From Christensenella sp. UBA7571 (lineage in GTDB: Bacteria > Bacillota > Clostridia > Christensenellales > CAG-917): 64,000 nucleotides of DNA. Made by a program: the position numbers and the translations under genes. Below the pieces are notes generated by a model, which was not told the origin of the DNA, made no database searches, and saw only the letters and a program-made list of their open reading frames with translations. Where the stretch lies: contig DLLD01000015.1 in NCBI GenBank assembly GCA_002476605.1, positions 9,694 through 73,693 on the forward strand. Direction: 5' to 3'. Below, one piece after another: positions 1-10,173 of this stretch (positions are counted from its first letter, which is position 1; every line of letters begins with the position of its first letter).

Positions 1-192
1 GCGCGCGGACAAACAGTACCCGAACACGCTAGCAAAGCCGAATATGGCAATCTGCACTACGCACGTGAAAAGTGCGTCGGCGTCCTCAACTCCGAGCGCG
101 GAATAGATATCGAGTGCGGACGCCACCCTCAAAAGGAGCGTCAACAATACGACGATAAAATAGGTGATGCCGACGTTGAGCCTTTTTGTCAT
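1..192 (-). CDS. 5' end of a membrane protein gene that runs off the window edge (N-terminus MTKRLNVGITYFIVVLLTLLL...)
   Basis: The ATG at 190-192 overlaps the TGA stop (189-191) of the upstream ORF in an ATGA junction. The frame stays open for 64 codons to position 1 and the N-terminus is hydrophobic. It is absent from the ORF track because it is truncated. Confidence 0.4.
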   Translation of the reverse strand, partial: MTKRLNVGITYFIVVLLTLLLRVASALDIYSALGVEDADALFTCVVQIAIFGFASVFGYCLSAR

Positions 193-1283
193 ATCAACCC
201 CGAAATAAAGCCGTAAAGCCAATACACGCACACGAATGCGAGAGCGATCCATACGCCTATCATATTTTGATTTTTGCCGACGTATTCGACCGAGTTGCTT
301 TCTTCAAGCGAATAAGTTATCCTCTTCCACCCGCCTTTGGTGAATAGCATTACGAAAAACTTTCCGAAACCGACGAAGAAGTTATCTTTTTTCGTATCGT
401 TTGCCGTTGCTACGATGGTGAAACCTTCCTCTTCGTACACGCTCTTGACTTCACCGCTTGCCGACTTCGGTTTGCCCGCACGATAGAACGCGTAAAGCAA
501 GAATACGAGCAAAAGCAAGCCTATTACGACGCTTGCAAAGCCCGTAAGCCAGTTGTAATAGCCGAGTTTGTCGTAAATTTCATCCACTTGCGGGAGATAC
601 GCCGTGAGCGTGATACTGATAAAATTGTTGACGAAGTGCACTATCACGCTTGCCCACAGCGAACCCGATATCGCAACGACGAGCGCAAGCACGACGCCAA
701 GTCCGAATTGGTGCACAGTTTGCACGGGGTTTGCGTGCATAAGGCTGAACATAAGCGCGGATATAAGCACGCCGAACCAAATATTGCGAGTGGACAATCC
801 CGAAAAGAGATTGCCTCTTATAAGCAATTCCTCACCGAAAGCGGGCAAAACCGCCATCAAGAGCAAGGACAAGAAATAAATTCCTACGTTGGAATAATCG
901 GGCATTGCGACGCCCGAGCCGTGATAACCGATGACGTTCAAAAACGCCGTCCACGCATTTGCAAGAGGCAAAAACACGAGGATAGTGGCAATTGCAATAA
1001 ACGGAAGCACGGTTATTTGCAAAGGGTTGAGCTTGCCTCTCATTTTGGAGACGTAAACCAAGTCGTATTTGCGGACTTTGGAATATACGAGCACCGTGCA
1101 TACGAACCCCACTTGCATAAGCGCGTATCCGCACCACGAGAAAACGTTCATTCCGTCAAAAGACGCGCCCGCGACGCCCGCGGCACGCAAAATCAAGGAC
1201 AAAAACGTTGACAACAAACTGCCTACGCATATTCCCAACAAATATATAGAAGAGCCTTCGCTCGCGCCTATCGTCCTTCTCAT
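189..1283 (-). CDS. CPBP family intramembrane glutamic endopeptidase (CAAX protease-like)
   Basis: The protein is polytopic and carries the CPBP motifs EELLIRG (EExxxR), SLMHANP (FxxxH) and VIVHFVNNF (HxxxN). Its start overlaps the upstream stop by 4 nt. Confidence 0.8.
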   Translation of the reverse strand: MRRTIGASEGSSIYLLGICVGSLLSTFLSLILRAAGVAGASFDGMNVFSWCGYALMQVGFVCTVLVYSKVRKYDLVYVSKMRGKLNPLQITVLPFIAIATILVFLPLANAWTAFLNVIGYHGSGVAMPDYSNVGIYFLSLLLMAVLPAFGEELLIRGNLFSGLSTRNIWFGVLISALMFSLMHANPVQTVHQFGLGVVLALVVAISGSLWASVIVHFVNNFISITLTAYLPQVDEIYDKLGYYNWLTGFASVVIGLLLLVFLLYAFYRAGKPKSASGEVKSVYEEEGFTIVATANDTKKDNFFVGFGKFFVMLFTKGGWKRITYSLEESNSVEYVGKNQNMIGVWIALAFVCVYWLYGFISGLI

Positions 1284-2059
1284 AAGATTTCAAAAACCTC
1301 ACTGCGCCTATTTTGATGCGCCACGTACAATTCTATGTCCGAGTCACGCTCTTTGAGCGTGTTTTCCACCGTGTCGTAAGCAAGTTTTTCGGTGTTGTTG
1401 TTTTCGCTGATATGCCCCAAGAGCAACCTTTGCACTTCCGAGCCTTCGCACAAGCGGTTTGCAATTCGTGCGGTTGCGTCGTTGGACAAGTGTCCGTTGT
1501 TGGACAAAATGCGTTGTTTGAGCCACGCGGGATATTTGCCATCTTGCAACATTTTGAGGTCGTGATTGGCTTCCAAAAGCACCACGCTACTGTCCTTTAT
1601 ATTGCGAAGAACGCCCACCGTGGGCGTGCCGATATCCGTTGCGACGCTACAACGCGCGTGCCCGCACTCAAAAGAATACGCAAGCGGATACGCCGCGTCG
1701 TGCGGTATTCTGAACGGCATAACTTTGATATCGCCTATATCGAAACCGCCCTCGTAATTATCGACGTCCGCAAAGTTTTTGAGACCGTCGTATTTTGCGC
1801 AAAGCGCGCGAGCGGTGAGCGTGTGCGCGTAAATTTGCGTGTGCTCGCAAAGTTTTGCAAGTCCGCAAACGTGGTCGGCGTGTTCGTGAGTTATCACTAT
1901 GCCGTCAATCATATCGGGTGTAAGCCCGAAATCCCGAAGCTCGGTGGCAATCCTCGTATACGAAACGCCGGCGTCAACGAGTATTGCCGTCGTGTTGGAA
2001 AGTATAAGCGTAGCGTTGCCTTTGCTTCCGCTTGCCAGTGATACGAGTTTCAAGGACAT
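1280..2059 (-). CDS. MBL-fold metallo-hydrolase (YycJ/WalJ-like)
   Basis: It has the HEHADH metal-binding motif, the N-terminal pattern LASGSKGNATLI...ILVDAG, and a 259-aa length typical of the family. Confidence 0.85.
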   Translation of the reverse strand: MSLKLVSLASGSKGNATLILSNTTAILVDAGVSYTRIATELRDFGLTPDMIDGIVITHEHADHVCGLAKLCEHTQIYAHTLTARALCAKYDGLKNFADVDNYEGGFDIGDIKVMPFRIPHDAAYPLAYSFECGHARCSVATDIGTPTVGVLRNIKDSSVVLLEANHDLKMLQDGKYPAWLKQRILSNNGHLSNDATARIANRLCEGSEVQRLLLGHISENNNTEKLAYDTVENTLKERDSDIELYVAHQNRRSEVFEIL

Positions 2060-2126
2060 ATTTTTTCAAAAATTAAACGAATTACCGCCGAGGGTAATTC
2101 GTTTATATATCGACTGTTGCCGAATA

Positions 2127-2981
2127 TCAGATTTCACGCGAAGCACGGTTGCTGTCTTCCACCTTGTCGTCGAGCTTGTTGAGCACGCAAGAGAACACGA
2201 TGGTAAGAACGAGGTTGAGAAGCGTGAGTGCCACGAGCACTACAAGCGCAATCTCGTTGCCGAGGACGAATTGCTTCTTGACGAGCAACTTGATGAGGTA
2301 TGCAAGCATTGCCGCCGCGCTTCCGAGAGAAAGTATAAACGTAAACGCACGCGGATATTTGCCCACGATTATGGAGATAAGCGAAGTTATCACCATCACC
2401 GCCTCGACTGCCGCCACGCCTATAAACGCGAAGTTGCGAAGAGGTCTTGCATTGAAGCCGTCTTTTACCCAGCCCATAATCACGCCGATAACGTTGTATT
2501 TGGTTATATCCAGCGTGCCTATCGACTTCATAAAGTAAGACAATATGAACGGGAGCACCGTGACTGCCGCAATCAAGAAGGTGACGAGTGCGAAAACTCT
2601 CGGTTGAACCTTTGCTTTCTTCTTGATTTTCTTTTGAGTGGATACGGTCTCGAATTCGGTTGCGTCACCGTACTCGACGGTTGACGGCATATAACCGCTC
2701 TGTTGCTTGCCGTCCGTGCGCAAAACGTTGCTGTCTTGCGTCATATAAGGCACGACCGCAAGAGGCACGACAATCGGTTGCAACTGAATGGTGTTGTGCT
2801 TGGGTGCGACGATAGGAACGGGACCGCCGATGCCGACGGGCTTCATAACCGTAACGTCAGAACCTGCTTCGGGTTGCGGAGTGCCGTACGCCTCCGACTC
2901 GAACAACGGCTCGTCGTCGACTTTTACGTCGTTAGTATCCGGAGAAAAAACTATCTCTTGATTTTTGTCCTTCTTTGCCAT
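2127..2981 (-). CDS. hypothetical membrane protein with a Pro-rich cytosolic N-terminal region and a C-terminal multi-TM domain
   Basis: The 284-aa ORF has several hydrophobic helices after a KKIKKKAK stop-transfer-like segment. It shares a PxVxPxAxVPYxTQ(D/E) motif with the gene at 3796..5010. Confidence 0.6.
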   Translation of the reverse strand: MAKKDKNQEIVFSPDTNDVKVDDEPLFESEAYGTPQPEAGSDVTVMKPVGIGGPVPIVAPKHNTIQLQPIVVPLAVVPYMTQDSNVLRTDGKQQSGYMPSTVEYGDATEFETVSTQKKIKKKAKVQPRVFALVTFLIAAVTVLPFILSYFMKSIGTLDITKYNVIGVIMGWVKDGFNARPLRNFAFIGVAAVEAVMVITSLISIIVGKYPRAFTFILSLGSAAAMLAYLIKLLVKKQFVLGNEIALVVLVALTLLNLVLTIVFSCVLNKLDDKVEDSNRASREI

Positions 2982-2997
2982 AATTCCTCCAAAAGAG

Positions 2998-3786
2998 TTA
3001 TTTGAGATAACCGTACTTTTCGCGGTTTACGATTGCGCATATTCCGCAAAGTAGCACGTATCCCGCGCCGAACACGAGCATCGTAAACAAATAACTCGTA
3101 CGATATCCGTGTATGAAGTCTTGCATAAAATCTATCTTTGCGATGCCTATACCGTTTGCCCCCACGAGTGCCGTGATGAATATCGCAAGCACGCATATAA
3201 GATTGACGATTGCACCGCTCGTATACTTGATCGGTTTGATTGCGCCGAATATCGCAAAAACGGATTTTATCATATTGATAAGAACGGATAAAATGCCGAT
3301 TGTGATAACTATATCGGGAATCATACCAAGCCAAATCTTGCCTACCGTCTCACCTTTCCAGCCGAGTTCGGCAGTGCGTTTGAACGCGTCGATAAAATGT
3401 CCGACGACGTTGAATCTGTCCGCAACGAGCAAGAAAGGCAACTTTGCGTCCGCCTTTACCGCCGACAAAATATAGGGCAAAAGCACCGCGACCGAGGCAA
3501 GAAACGCTATTATACCCGCCGTCATATTCTTTGCTCGCTTGCCTCTCTTCCACTTCTTGTTGGCGTCTTCCTTTTTGGGTTGGAAGTCGTTGGCGGTGGA
3601 TTGAGCGCGGACGGAATCGCCCTCTTGCGGGCGTTCTTCCGTCACGAGATGCGGCTCTATAACGAACTCTTGCATCACGGTGGGCATCACGTGATATCCC
3701 GAATTGGGCGCGGGGGTAGGCGCAAGCCTTATGCCCGCGTCGTCAACGCCTTTTATTCTGGGTTTGTTGTTTTTTGTATCTGCCAT
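2998..3786 (-). CDS. hypothetical membrane protein with the same architecture as its neighbour
   Basis: The 262-aa ORF has a Pro-rich N-terminus, a basic KKWKRGKRAK segment and then at least 4 predicted TM helices. Confidence 0.6.
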   Translation of the reverse strand: MADTKNNKPRIKGVDDAGIRLAPTPAPNSGYHVMPTVMQEFVIEPHLVTEERPQEGDSVRAQSTANDFQPKKEDANKKWKRGKRAKNMTAGIIAFLASVAVLLPYILSAVKADAKLPFLLVADRFNVVGHFIDAFKRTAELGWKGETVGKIWLGMIPDIVITIGILSVLINMIKSVFAIFGAIKPIKYTSGAIVNLICVLAIFITALVGANGIGIAKIDFMQDFIHGYRTSYLFTMLVFGAGYVLLCGICAIVNREKYGYLK

Positions 3787-3795
3787 AATACGCCG

Positions 3796-5010
3796 TCAGT
3801 TTTTCTTGTTTGAACCTTTGCTCGGGGTTGCTACTACGGGTTTTTGCACCGTGCGTCTTTCCTCCACCACGGGTGAGTATTGCATAAGCGGTTGCTCTTG
3901 CGTCACGTAAGGCACGAACGCCACCGGTTGCACGATGGGAGGCATTTGATAGGGCTTGCCGTCAGCTCCCATAAAGAACGCGGGTTGACCTTGCGCAACT
4001 CCCGCTTGTTGGGGATAAGGTTGTGCCGCCGCCGGAGGCGCGTACGGATACGGGTACGGCGGATACGGATAGGGATAAGGAGGATACGCTCCGAAATGCG
4101 CTTGGTTAGGACCGGAAAAGTCCGCTTGTTCTTCCTTCTTCTCTTCCGTCTTGGGCGGTGCGACTTGCTCTTGCTTGGGCGCGTTGATTTCGTCTATAAA
4201 CTCGTCCAAAGTGGGCGTCTTTTCCACTTCGAGATCCGCTTGCGGAGGGGGTACGATTTTTTGTTTGCGCTTAACGGGCGGGCATTGCTTGATCTTGTTT
4301 TTGGCAAGAAGCAAAAGCGCGCGCGCCTTGTCGCGACCGCAGTGAGTGCAAGCGGTTGCGTCGAGCGGATTGATAGTTCCGCACGCGGGGCAAACGTAGG
4401 TCTCACCCTCTATGTCGTCTTCGTCTATTTGAGAATACGGATCTGCGTAATACTTGGCGTAAGATTGGAGCGCAACGGACATCTTTTTGAGAAGAGCCAC
4501 GTCTTCCGAGCCGAGTTCATTGAGTTTTTGTCTGTAACGTTCAAGCACGTTTGCCTTTTTCTCGTACTCTTCCTCGCTCTTTTTGCGGTAATCTTCCACT
4601 TGCAAGAGAGCGGTTTCTCTCTCTTCCGCGGTCTTTTGGCGTTTTTCGGCAATCTCTTTGTCAACCGCCGCCATTCTCTCGCGCTCCATATTGTCAAGAC
4701 GCAATTTGGTCTTGCGCGCGTCGAGCATATCCGCGTCGCTGTGCGTTTCGCTTTCCGCTACGATGGGAGCACCGCAAGATACGCAAAATTTTGCACCGGG
4801 CAAGTTCTTCGTTCCGCAAACGGCGCAAACGGGTTTGCGCATAACGGACAAGATACCGCCGCACTTGGCGCAATATCTGCTTCCCGCACTGTTCTTTGCG
4901 TGACATACGGGGCAAACGGTCTCGTAATTTTCAACTACGTCCGCTCCGCACGTTGGGCAAAACGCTTGTCCGGGTTTTACTTCGTTTCCGCATATTTTAC
5001 AAACAAACAT
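3796..5010 (-). CDS. zinc-ribbon domain protein with coiled-coil and Pro/Tyr-rich regions
   Basis: It contains repeated CxxC...CxxC zinc ribbons (CKICG..CPTCG, CPVCH..CAKCG, CAVCG..CVSCG, CPACG..CTHCG). It also has a Glu/Lys-rich central region and a PYPYPYPPYPYPY tract. Confidence 0.7.
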   Translation of the reverse strand: MFVCKICGNEVKPGQAFCPTCGADVVENYETVCPVCHAKNSAGSRYCAKCGGILSVMRKPVCAVCGTKNLPGAKFCVSCGAPIVAESETHSDADMLDARKTKLRLDNMERERMAAVDKEIAEKRQKTAEERETALLQVEDYRKKSEEEYEKKANVLERYRQKLNELGSEDVALLKKMSVALQSYAKYYADPYSQIDEDDIEGETYVCPACGTINPLDATACTHCGRDKARALLLLAKNKIKQCPPVKRKQKIVPPPQADLEVEKTPTLDEFIDEINAPKQEQVAPPKTEEKKEEQADFSGPNQAHFGAYPPYPYPYPPYPYPYAPPAAAQPYPQQAGVAQGQPAFFMGADGKPYQMPPIVQPVAFVPYVTQEQPLMQYSPVVEERRTVQKPVVATPSKGSNKKN

Positions 5011-5039
5011 ATTTCACCTACAAAATGTTTATCGTTAAG

Positions 5040-6665
5040 TCACGCCTTGGGTTTGAAACTGTCTTTGAGGCCGACTATGCTGTTAAATTCGTTCTTATCG
5101 TTGCGCTTGATGAAGTAACCTTCGCGCAAGAATTGGAATCTCGTATGGACGGGTGCGTCTCCGACGATTTTCTCCGCTTTTCCGTGAAGAACGGTGAGCG
5201 AATTGGGATTGACTCTGTCCATATAATCTCCGTCTCCGTCGTTGATGAGGTAATCGAACATATTGAGAGTAACGTCCACGCAGTCGTTGGCATTGACGAA
5301 ATGTATCGTGCCTTTGACTTTCATATTTGCGCCCTCTTCACCCGACTTCGTGCCTTCGAGATACTCGGCGTGCACCGCGGTGACGTTGCCGTCCGCGTCT
5401 TGCTCGCAACCGACGTATTTGATGATATACGCGCCTTTGAGGCGTACTATTCCGTCGGGCTTCAAGCGGAAGTATTTTGGCGGAGGATTGAGCGAGAAAT
5501 CGTCTTGCTCGATGTACAATTCTCTACCGAACGTCGTCTCGTGTACGCCCGCACCCTCTTGTTGCGGATTGTTTTCGATATACACGGGTTCGCTCTTGCC
5601 TTCGGGATAGTTGTCGATGATGAGTTTCAAGGGCTTGGTTACGACCATCGCTCTTTGTGCGTGTGCGTTCAAGTCCTCTCTCACGCAGTGTTCCAAAATG
5701 GAAATATCCACTTCGCTATCCGCTTTTGCAACGCCTATGCGTTGGCAAAAATCTCTGATTGCTTCGGGAGTGTAACCTCTTTCTCTTATACCCGAAAGAG
5801 TGGACAATCTCGGATCGTCCCAGCCCCACACGATTTTTTCGTCGACCAAACGCTTGATAAAACGCTTGCTCATAACCGTGTGCGTGAGATTGAGTCTTGC
5901 AAACTCTATTTGACGAGGTCTGGGATCAAAACCGCAGTTGAGCGTAACCCAGTCGTAAAGCGGACGATGGTTTTCAAATTCAAGCGAGCAAAGGGAGTGC
6001 GTAATGCCCTCGATTGCGTCCTCGATGGGGTGCGCAAAGTCGTACATCGGGTAGATAACCCACTTGTCTCCCGTGTGCGGGTGCGTTGCGTGGCAAATAC
6101 GATAGATGACGGGGTCACGCATATTGATGTTGGGTGACGCCATATCGATTTTTGCACGCAAGACTTTTTCACCGTCGGCAAATTCCCCCTTTCTCATACG
6201 CTCGAACAAATCGAGGTTTTCCTCTACGCTTCTGTTTCTGTACGGGCTTTCAGTACCTGGGGTGTTGAAATTGCCTCTCGTTGCGCTTATCTCTTCCGCG
6301 CTCAAATCGCAAACGTACGCTTTGCCCTCTTTGATGAGCTTGACGGCACAATCGTACATTTTCTCGAAATAATCGCTTGCGTTGTGGAGTTCGTCCCAAT
6401 CGAAGCCGAGCCACTTGATGTCGGCTTTGATGCTCTCCATATATTCGACGTCCTCTTTGGCGGGGTTGGTGTCGTCAAAGCGCAAATTGCACGCGCCGTG
6501 ATACTTTTCTTTCATACCGAAGTTGATGCAAAGAGCCTTTGCGTGTCCGATATGCAAATATCCGTTGGGTTCGGGCGGAAAACGAGTGATAATCTTGTTC
6601 ACCTTTCCGCTTGCGAGGTCTTCGTCGATAAATTCTTCAATAAAGTTTCTTGAATTGTCTTCCAT
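5040..6665 (-). CDS. glnS: glutamine--tRNA ligase
   Basis: It has the class I HIGH motif ([13 protein letters not shown]) and a KMSKS-type motif (VMSKR). The 541-aa length and overall GlnRS-like sequence fit. Confidence 0.9.
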   Translation of the reverse strand: MEDNSRNFIEEFIDEDLASGKVNKIITRFPPEPNGYLHIGHAKALCINFGMKEKYHGACNLRFDDTNPAKEDVEYMESIKADIKWLGFDWDELHNASDYFEKMYDCAVKLIKEGKAYVCDLSAEEISATRGNFNTPGTESPYRNRSVEENLDLFERMRKGEFADGEKVLRAKIDMASPNINMRDPVIYRICHATHPHTGDKWVIYPMYDFAHPIEDAIEGITHSLCSLEFENHRPLYDWVTLNCGFDPRPRQIEFARLNLTHTVMSKRFIKRLVDEKIVWGWDDPRLSTLSGIRERGYTPEAIRDFCQRIGVAKADSEVDISILEHCVREDLNAHAQRAMVVTKPLKLIIDNYPEGKSEPVYIENNPQQEGAGVHETTFGRELYIEQDDFSLNPPPKYFRLKPDGIVRLKGAYIIKYVGCEQDADGNVTAVHAEYLEGTKSGEEGANMKVKGTIHFVNANDCVDVTLNMFDYLINDGDGDYMDRVNPNSLTVLHGKAEKIVGDAPVHTRFQFLREGYFIKRNDKNEFNSIVGLKDSFKPKA

Positions 6666-6820
6666 TTAGGTATAGCCTTTGCGCGACAACGTGCAGACAC
6701 GCACGCATATTGCGCGTAAATAAAATTATTATACTTAATGATAAAACTAAAACGATTTTATGTCAATAACGTAAGCGCATAACGCGCATACAAATTTTTC
6801 AAAATTTTTGAAATTTTTTA

Positions 6821-7630
6821 TCAATAAACCACTTTGATAAGGTGCAAACCCTTTGCCGAAAGCGTTTTGCCCGCCTTTTTGCGGTCGCCTTTTTCGAGAA
6901 TATCCTTTACGTCGTCCACAGTGAGTTTGCCAATTCCCACGTACAACAAAGTGCCCGCGATTATGCGCACCATATTGTACAAAAAGCCGTTGCCCGTGAC
7001 GTATATACATATCTCGCTGTCGTAGATAAAATCGGGATTTGAGCCGTTTAGACGTTGATTTTTGGCGTCGTCGAATATTGCCGAAGCGTAGGAAAGTTCG
7101 CGCGTTTGAATATCTACGGAATACACCGTGCGGACGGTGTTTTTAACCACGCTTCCGCTTGCCTCGAAGCACTTGAAATCGTGCGTTCCCTCAATGATTT
7201 TCGCAGCCTCTTTCATCGCTTTGAGGTTGAGCGGGACGACGACGTGTTCGTGCGTCGCTTCCATCATCGGCAAACGATGTTTTGAAAGATACATCTTGTA
7301 GCAGTACGTTTTGCGCTTGGCGTTGAACCTTGCGTTGAAATCGTCGTCTACGACTTCGCAATAGAGCATACTCACGTCGTCGGGCAATTCCGTATTGACG
7401 GCAAAAGGTATTTTGTCGGTGGGTATGGACGTCGTCGCGTCGAAATGCACCACTTGCCCCTCGGCGTGTACGCCCGCGTCCGTGCGACCGCTTGCGGTTG
7501 CGCTCGTTGGCGTTCCGAAAGTTTTGGAAAGTGCTTTTTCGAGGACTTCTTGTACGGAAAGACCGTTGAGTTGGCGTTGCCAGCCCACGTACCTCGTTCC
7601 GCAATACGAAATTATCGCGCGATATCTCAT
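6821..7630 (-). CDS. truA: tRNA pseudouridine(38-40) synthase TruA
   Basis: It has the catalytic GRTDAGVHA motif and the N-terminal Y.G..Y.GWQ.Q pattern. It overlaps ecfT by 4 nt, the conserved ecf-truA arrangement. Confidence 0.9.
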   Translation of the reverse strand: MRYRAIISYCGTRYVGWQRQLNGLSVQEVLEKALSKTFGTPTSATASGRTDAGVHAEGQVVHFDATTSIPTDKIPFAVNTELPDDVSMLYCEVVDDDFNARFNAKRKTYCYKMYLSKHRLPMMEATHEHVVVPLNLKAMKEAAKIIEGTHDFKCFEASGSVVKNTVRTVYSVDIQTRELSYASAIFDDAKNQRLNGSNPDFIYDSEICIYVTGNGFLYNMVRIIAGTLLYVGIGKLTVDDVKDILEKGDRKKAGKTLSAKGLHLIKVVY

Positions 7631-8478
7631 ACCAGCCCTCCGAAAATCATTTGGTCGATATTTATGCCCACCGTCGGGAAATAGTATCTTTCAAGCAAAA
7701 TCACCACGAAATACGCTATCATAAAAAACAATGCAAAAGCGTCGCCGACGCCGAATTTTGCCTTCTTCATTTTGGTGCGATTTTCCGTTGCGTTGTAACA
7801 CCTTGCGTCCATTGCGAAAGCAAGTTCGTCCGCTCGTCTGAACGAGTTGACGAAAAGCGGAATAAGCACCGGAAGCATTGCCTTTGCCCTTGCGAAAAGT
7901 CCACCCGTATCGAAGCTTGCGCCACGTGCTTTTTGTGCGGAAATTATCTTGTTTGTTTCCTCGAAAAGCGTGGGGATAAAGCGAAGCGCAATGCTCATAA
8001 TCATTGCGATATCTCTTACGGGGACTTTGATGAGTTTGAGCGGAGACATAAGGCTTTCCACACCGTCGGCAAGTGCTACGGGAGTTGTCGTAAGCGAAAG
8101 CAAAGACGCGCCCGAAATCAACAAAACGAGCCTTAAAACCATCTTTATGGTGGTATGAACCCCGTCTTTGGTTATCGTGAAGATTTTCCACGACCACAAA
8201 ACTTCACCTTTTTTGATAAGAAACAAGTTGAGCACGGCGGTGAACAAAATGATGAACATCACGCCTTTGACGCTCTTCAAAACGGACATCATAGGCAGTT
8301 TTGCAAGCAAAACGATGCCTATCAAAATAACCGCCGTAAGTATAAAACCGAAGTACGATTTAACGAAGAAAATCGCAATCACGAACATAAGTGTGAGAAG
8401 CATTTTCACTCTTGCGTCGAGGCGGTGGATAATCGAATCCGCGGGGTAATATTGACCGAAAGCAACGTCCTTAAACAT
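7627..8478 (-). CDS. ecfT: energy-coupling factor transporter transmembrane component EcfT
   Basis: The protein is polytopic with the CbiQ/EcfT signature around AQKARG, and it lies directly downstream of two EcfA ATPase genes. Confidence 0.88.
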   Translation of the reverse strand: MFKDVAFGQYYPADSIIHRLDARVKMLLTLMFVIAIFFVKSYFGFILTAVILIGIVLLAKLPMMSVLKSVKGVMFIILFTAVLNLFLIKKGEVLWSWKIFTITKDGVHTTIKMVLRLVLLISGASLLSLTTTPVALADGVESLMSPLKLIKVPVRDIAMIMSIALRFIPTLFEETNKIISAQKARGASFDTGGLFARAKAMLPVLIPLFVNSFRRADELAFAMDARCYNATENRTKMKKAKFGVGDAFALFFMIAYFVVILLERYYFPTVGINIDQMIFGGLV

Positions 8479-9352
8479 CGGCTTTTACCCCCTCGTTTTC
8501 TCTAATTTTCGAGAGCGCGTCGGCAAGCTCGTCAAGGCTTATTATATCTTTGGGAAGGTCGTATCCCCTTGCTATAAATTCGTCTGAAAGAGAGGTTGCA
8601 AAAGGCACGTCAAGACCAATCTCTTCAACGTGCTTTCTATCCGAAAATACTTCTTTGGGAGTGCCGTCGGCAACGATTTTTCCGTCTTTGAGCGCGACTA
8701 TTCTATCCGCCATAACCGCGATATCGTCCATATTGTGGGACACCAAAATTATGGTGGGAGACACTTCTTTTTGAAGTTTTTTCACGAGCGCAAGTATCTC
8801 TTCTCTGCCCGCGGGATCGAGCCCCGCAACCGGTTCGTCGAGGACGAGAATTTCGGGTTGCATTGCGATAACGCCCGCAATTGCCGCTCTTCTCTTTTCA
8901 CCACCGCTCAAATCGAAGGGACTGCGGGAAGCGAATTGGTCGTAATCGAGCCCCACCACGTCCATAGCCTTGCGCACTCTCGCGTCGATTTCCTCTTTGG
9001 ACAATTTCATATTTTTAGGGCCGAACGCGACGTCCTTTTCCACCGTATCGGCAAAAAGTTGGTATTCGGGGTATTGGAACACCATACCCACCTTAAAACG
9101 CAAGTTTTTGAGCGTCTTTTTGTCCGTGGCGGACATACCCTTTACCACGACGCTCGACGTCTTTTTGTCTTGAACTTTGATAAGACCGTTGAGATGCTGA
9201 ATAAGCGTGGATTTTCCGCTTCCCGTCGCGCCGACTATGCCTACGAAACTGCCTTCTTCAATGCAAAGATTGACGTCGTCGAGTGCTTTTTTCTCGTACG
9301 GCGTCTTGCGTGAGTAAATATACGTCAAATGTTTTATCTCAATTGCCGACAT
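8471..9352 (-). CDS. ecfA2: ECF transporter ATPase EcfA2
   Basis: It has Walker A GATGSGKST, ABC signature LSGGEKRR and Walker B ILVLDEP. Confidence 0.9.
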   Translation of the reverse strand: MSAIEIKHLTYIYSRKTPYEKKALDDVNLCIEEGSFVGIVGATGSGKSTLIQHLNGLIKVQDKKTSSVVVKGMSATDKKTLKNLRFKVGMVFQYPEYQLFADTVEKDVAFGPKNMKLSKEEIDARVRKAMDVVGLDYDQFASRSPFDLSGGEKRRAAIAGVIAMQPEILVLDEPVAGLDPAGREEILALVKKLQKEVSPTIILVSHNMDDIAVMADRIVALKDGKIVADGTPKEVFSDRKHVEEIGLDVPFATSLSDEFIARGYDLPKDIISLDELADALSKIRENEGVKADV

Positions 9353-10167
9353 ACTTCCTCCACGAGTTTGTCTTTGCTCACGATTGGCGCGTCAAAGACG
9401 AAACCTTTGCTTTTTAGTTTTTCGGACAATTGCGATACGGGCGGAAGCGTAAGTCCGCACGCTTCCAAAAGTCCCGACGAAAATACTTCTTCGGGAGTGC
9501 CGTCAACTGCGATTCTGCCCTTGCGGAGCACGATAATTCTGTCCGCAAGCACCGCTTCTTCCATATTGTGAGTGATGTTTACGACGGTAATTCCTTGCTC
9601 GTTGAGAGTGGTGGCAATATCCATAATCTCTTTGCGCCCGTTGGGGTCGAGCATAGAGGTGGACTCGTCCAAAATGAGAATATCGGGGCGCATTGCAAGC
9701 ACGCCCGCGATTGCCACTCTTTGTTTTTGTCCTCCGCTCAATTTGGATACGGAACGATTGCGATATTCGCTCATTCCAACGGCATCGAGTGCGTAATTCA
9801 CTCTTTCCACGATTTCTTCGCGCGGTAAACCGATATTTTCAGGTCCGAACGCTACGTCATCCTCGATAATGGTTGCAACCGTCTGATTGTCGGGATTTTG
9901 GAAAACCATACCCGCTTTTTTGCGGATTTCAAAAGTATTTTTTTCGTCGGACGTGGAAAGACCGTCGATAAGCACTTCTCCGCTCGACGGTATAAAAAGA
10001 CCGTTGAGAAGTTTTGCAAGCGTGGATTTGCCGCTGCCGTTCATACCCACGAGCGCGACAAATTGGCCTTTCTCAACGGAAAAAGACAGGTTTTTGAGGG
10101 CTTTTAGACTGCGGCCCTCCCCTAATGAGTAACTATAACTTACTCCTTTGAGGACAATTTGCGACAT
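9334..10167 (-). CDS. ecfA1: ECF transporter ATPase EcfA1 (start trimmed from the track ORF)
   Basis: It has Walker A GMNGSGKST, signature LSGGQKQR and Walker B ILILDES. The homologous N-terminus begins at MSQIVLKGVSYSY (ATG 10165-10167). The 47-codon upstream extension in the track runs into a non-coding repeat. Confidence 0.88.
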   Translation of the reverse strand: MSQIVLKGVSYSYSLGEGRSLKALKNLSFSVEKGQFVALVGMNGSGKSTLAKLLNGLFIPSSGEVLIDGLSTSDEKNTFEIRKKAGMVFQNPDNQTVATIIEDDVAFGPENIGLPREEIVERVNYALDAVGMSEYRNRSVSKLSGGQKQRVAIAGVLAMRPDILILDESTSMLDPNGRKEIMDIATTLNEQGITVVNITHNMEEAVLADRIIVLRKGRIAVDGTPEEVFSSGLLEACGLTLPPVSQLSEKLKSKGFVFDAPIVSKDKLVEEVCRQLR

Positions 10168-10173
10168 ATCGCG

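Noticed and set aside
6792-6822. The AT-only palindrome TTTCAAAA-A-TTTTGAAA just after the truA stop, considered as a regulatory operator.
   Set aside because: It is more simply a weak AT-rich terminator or spacer between truA and the glnS promoter. There is no second copy or associated regulator to support an operator role.
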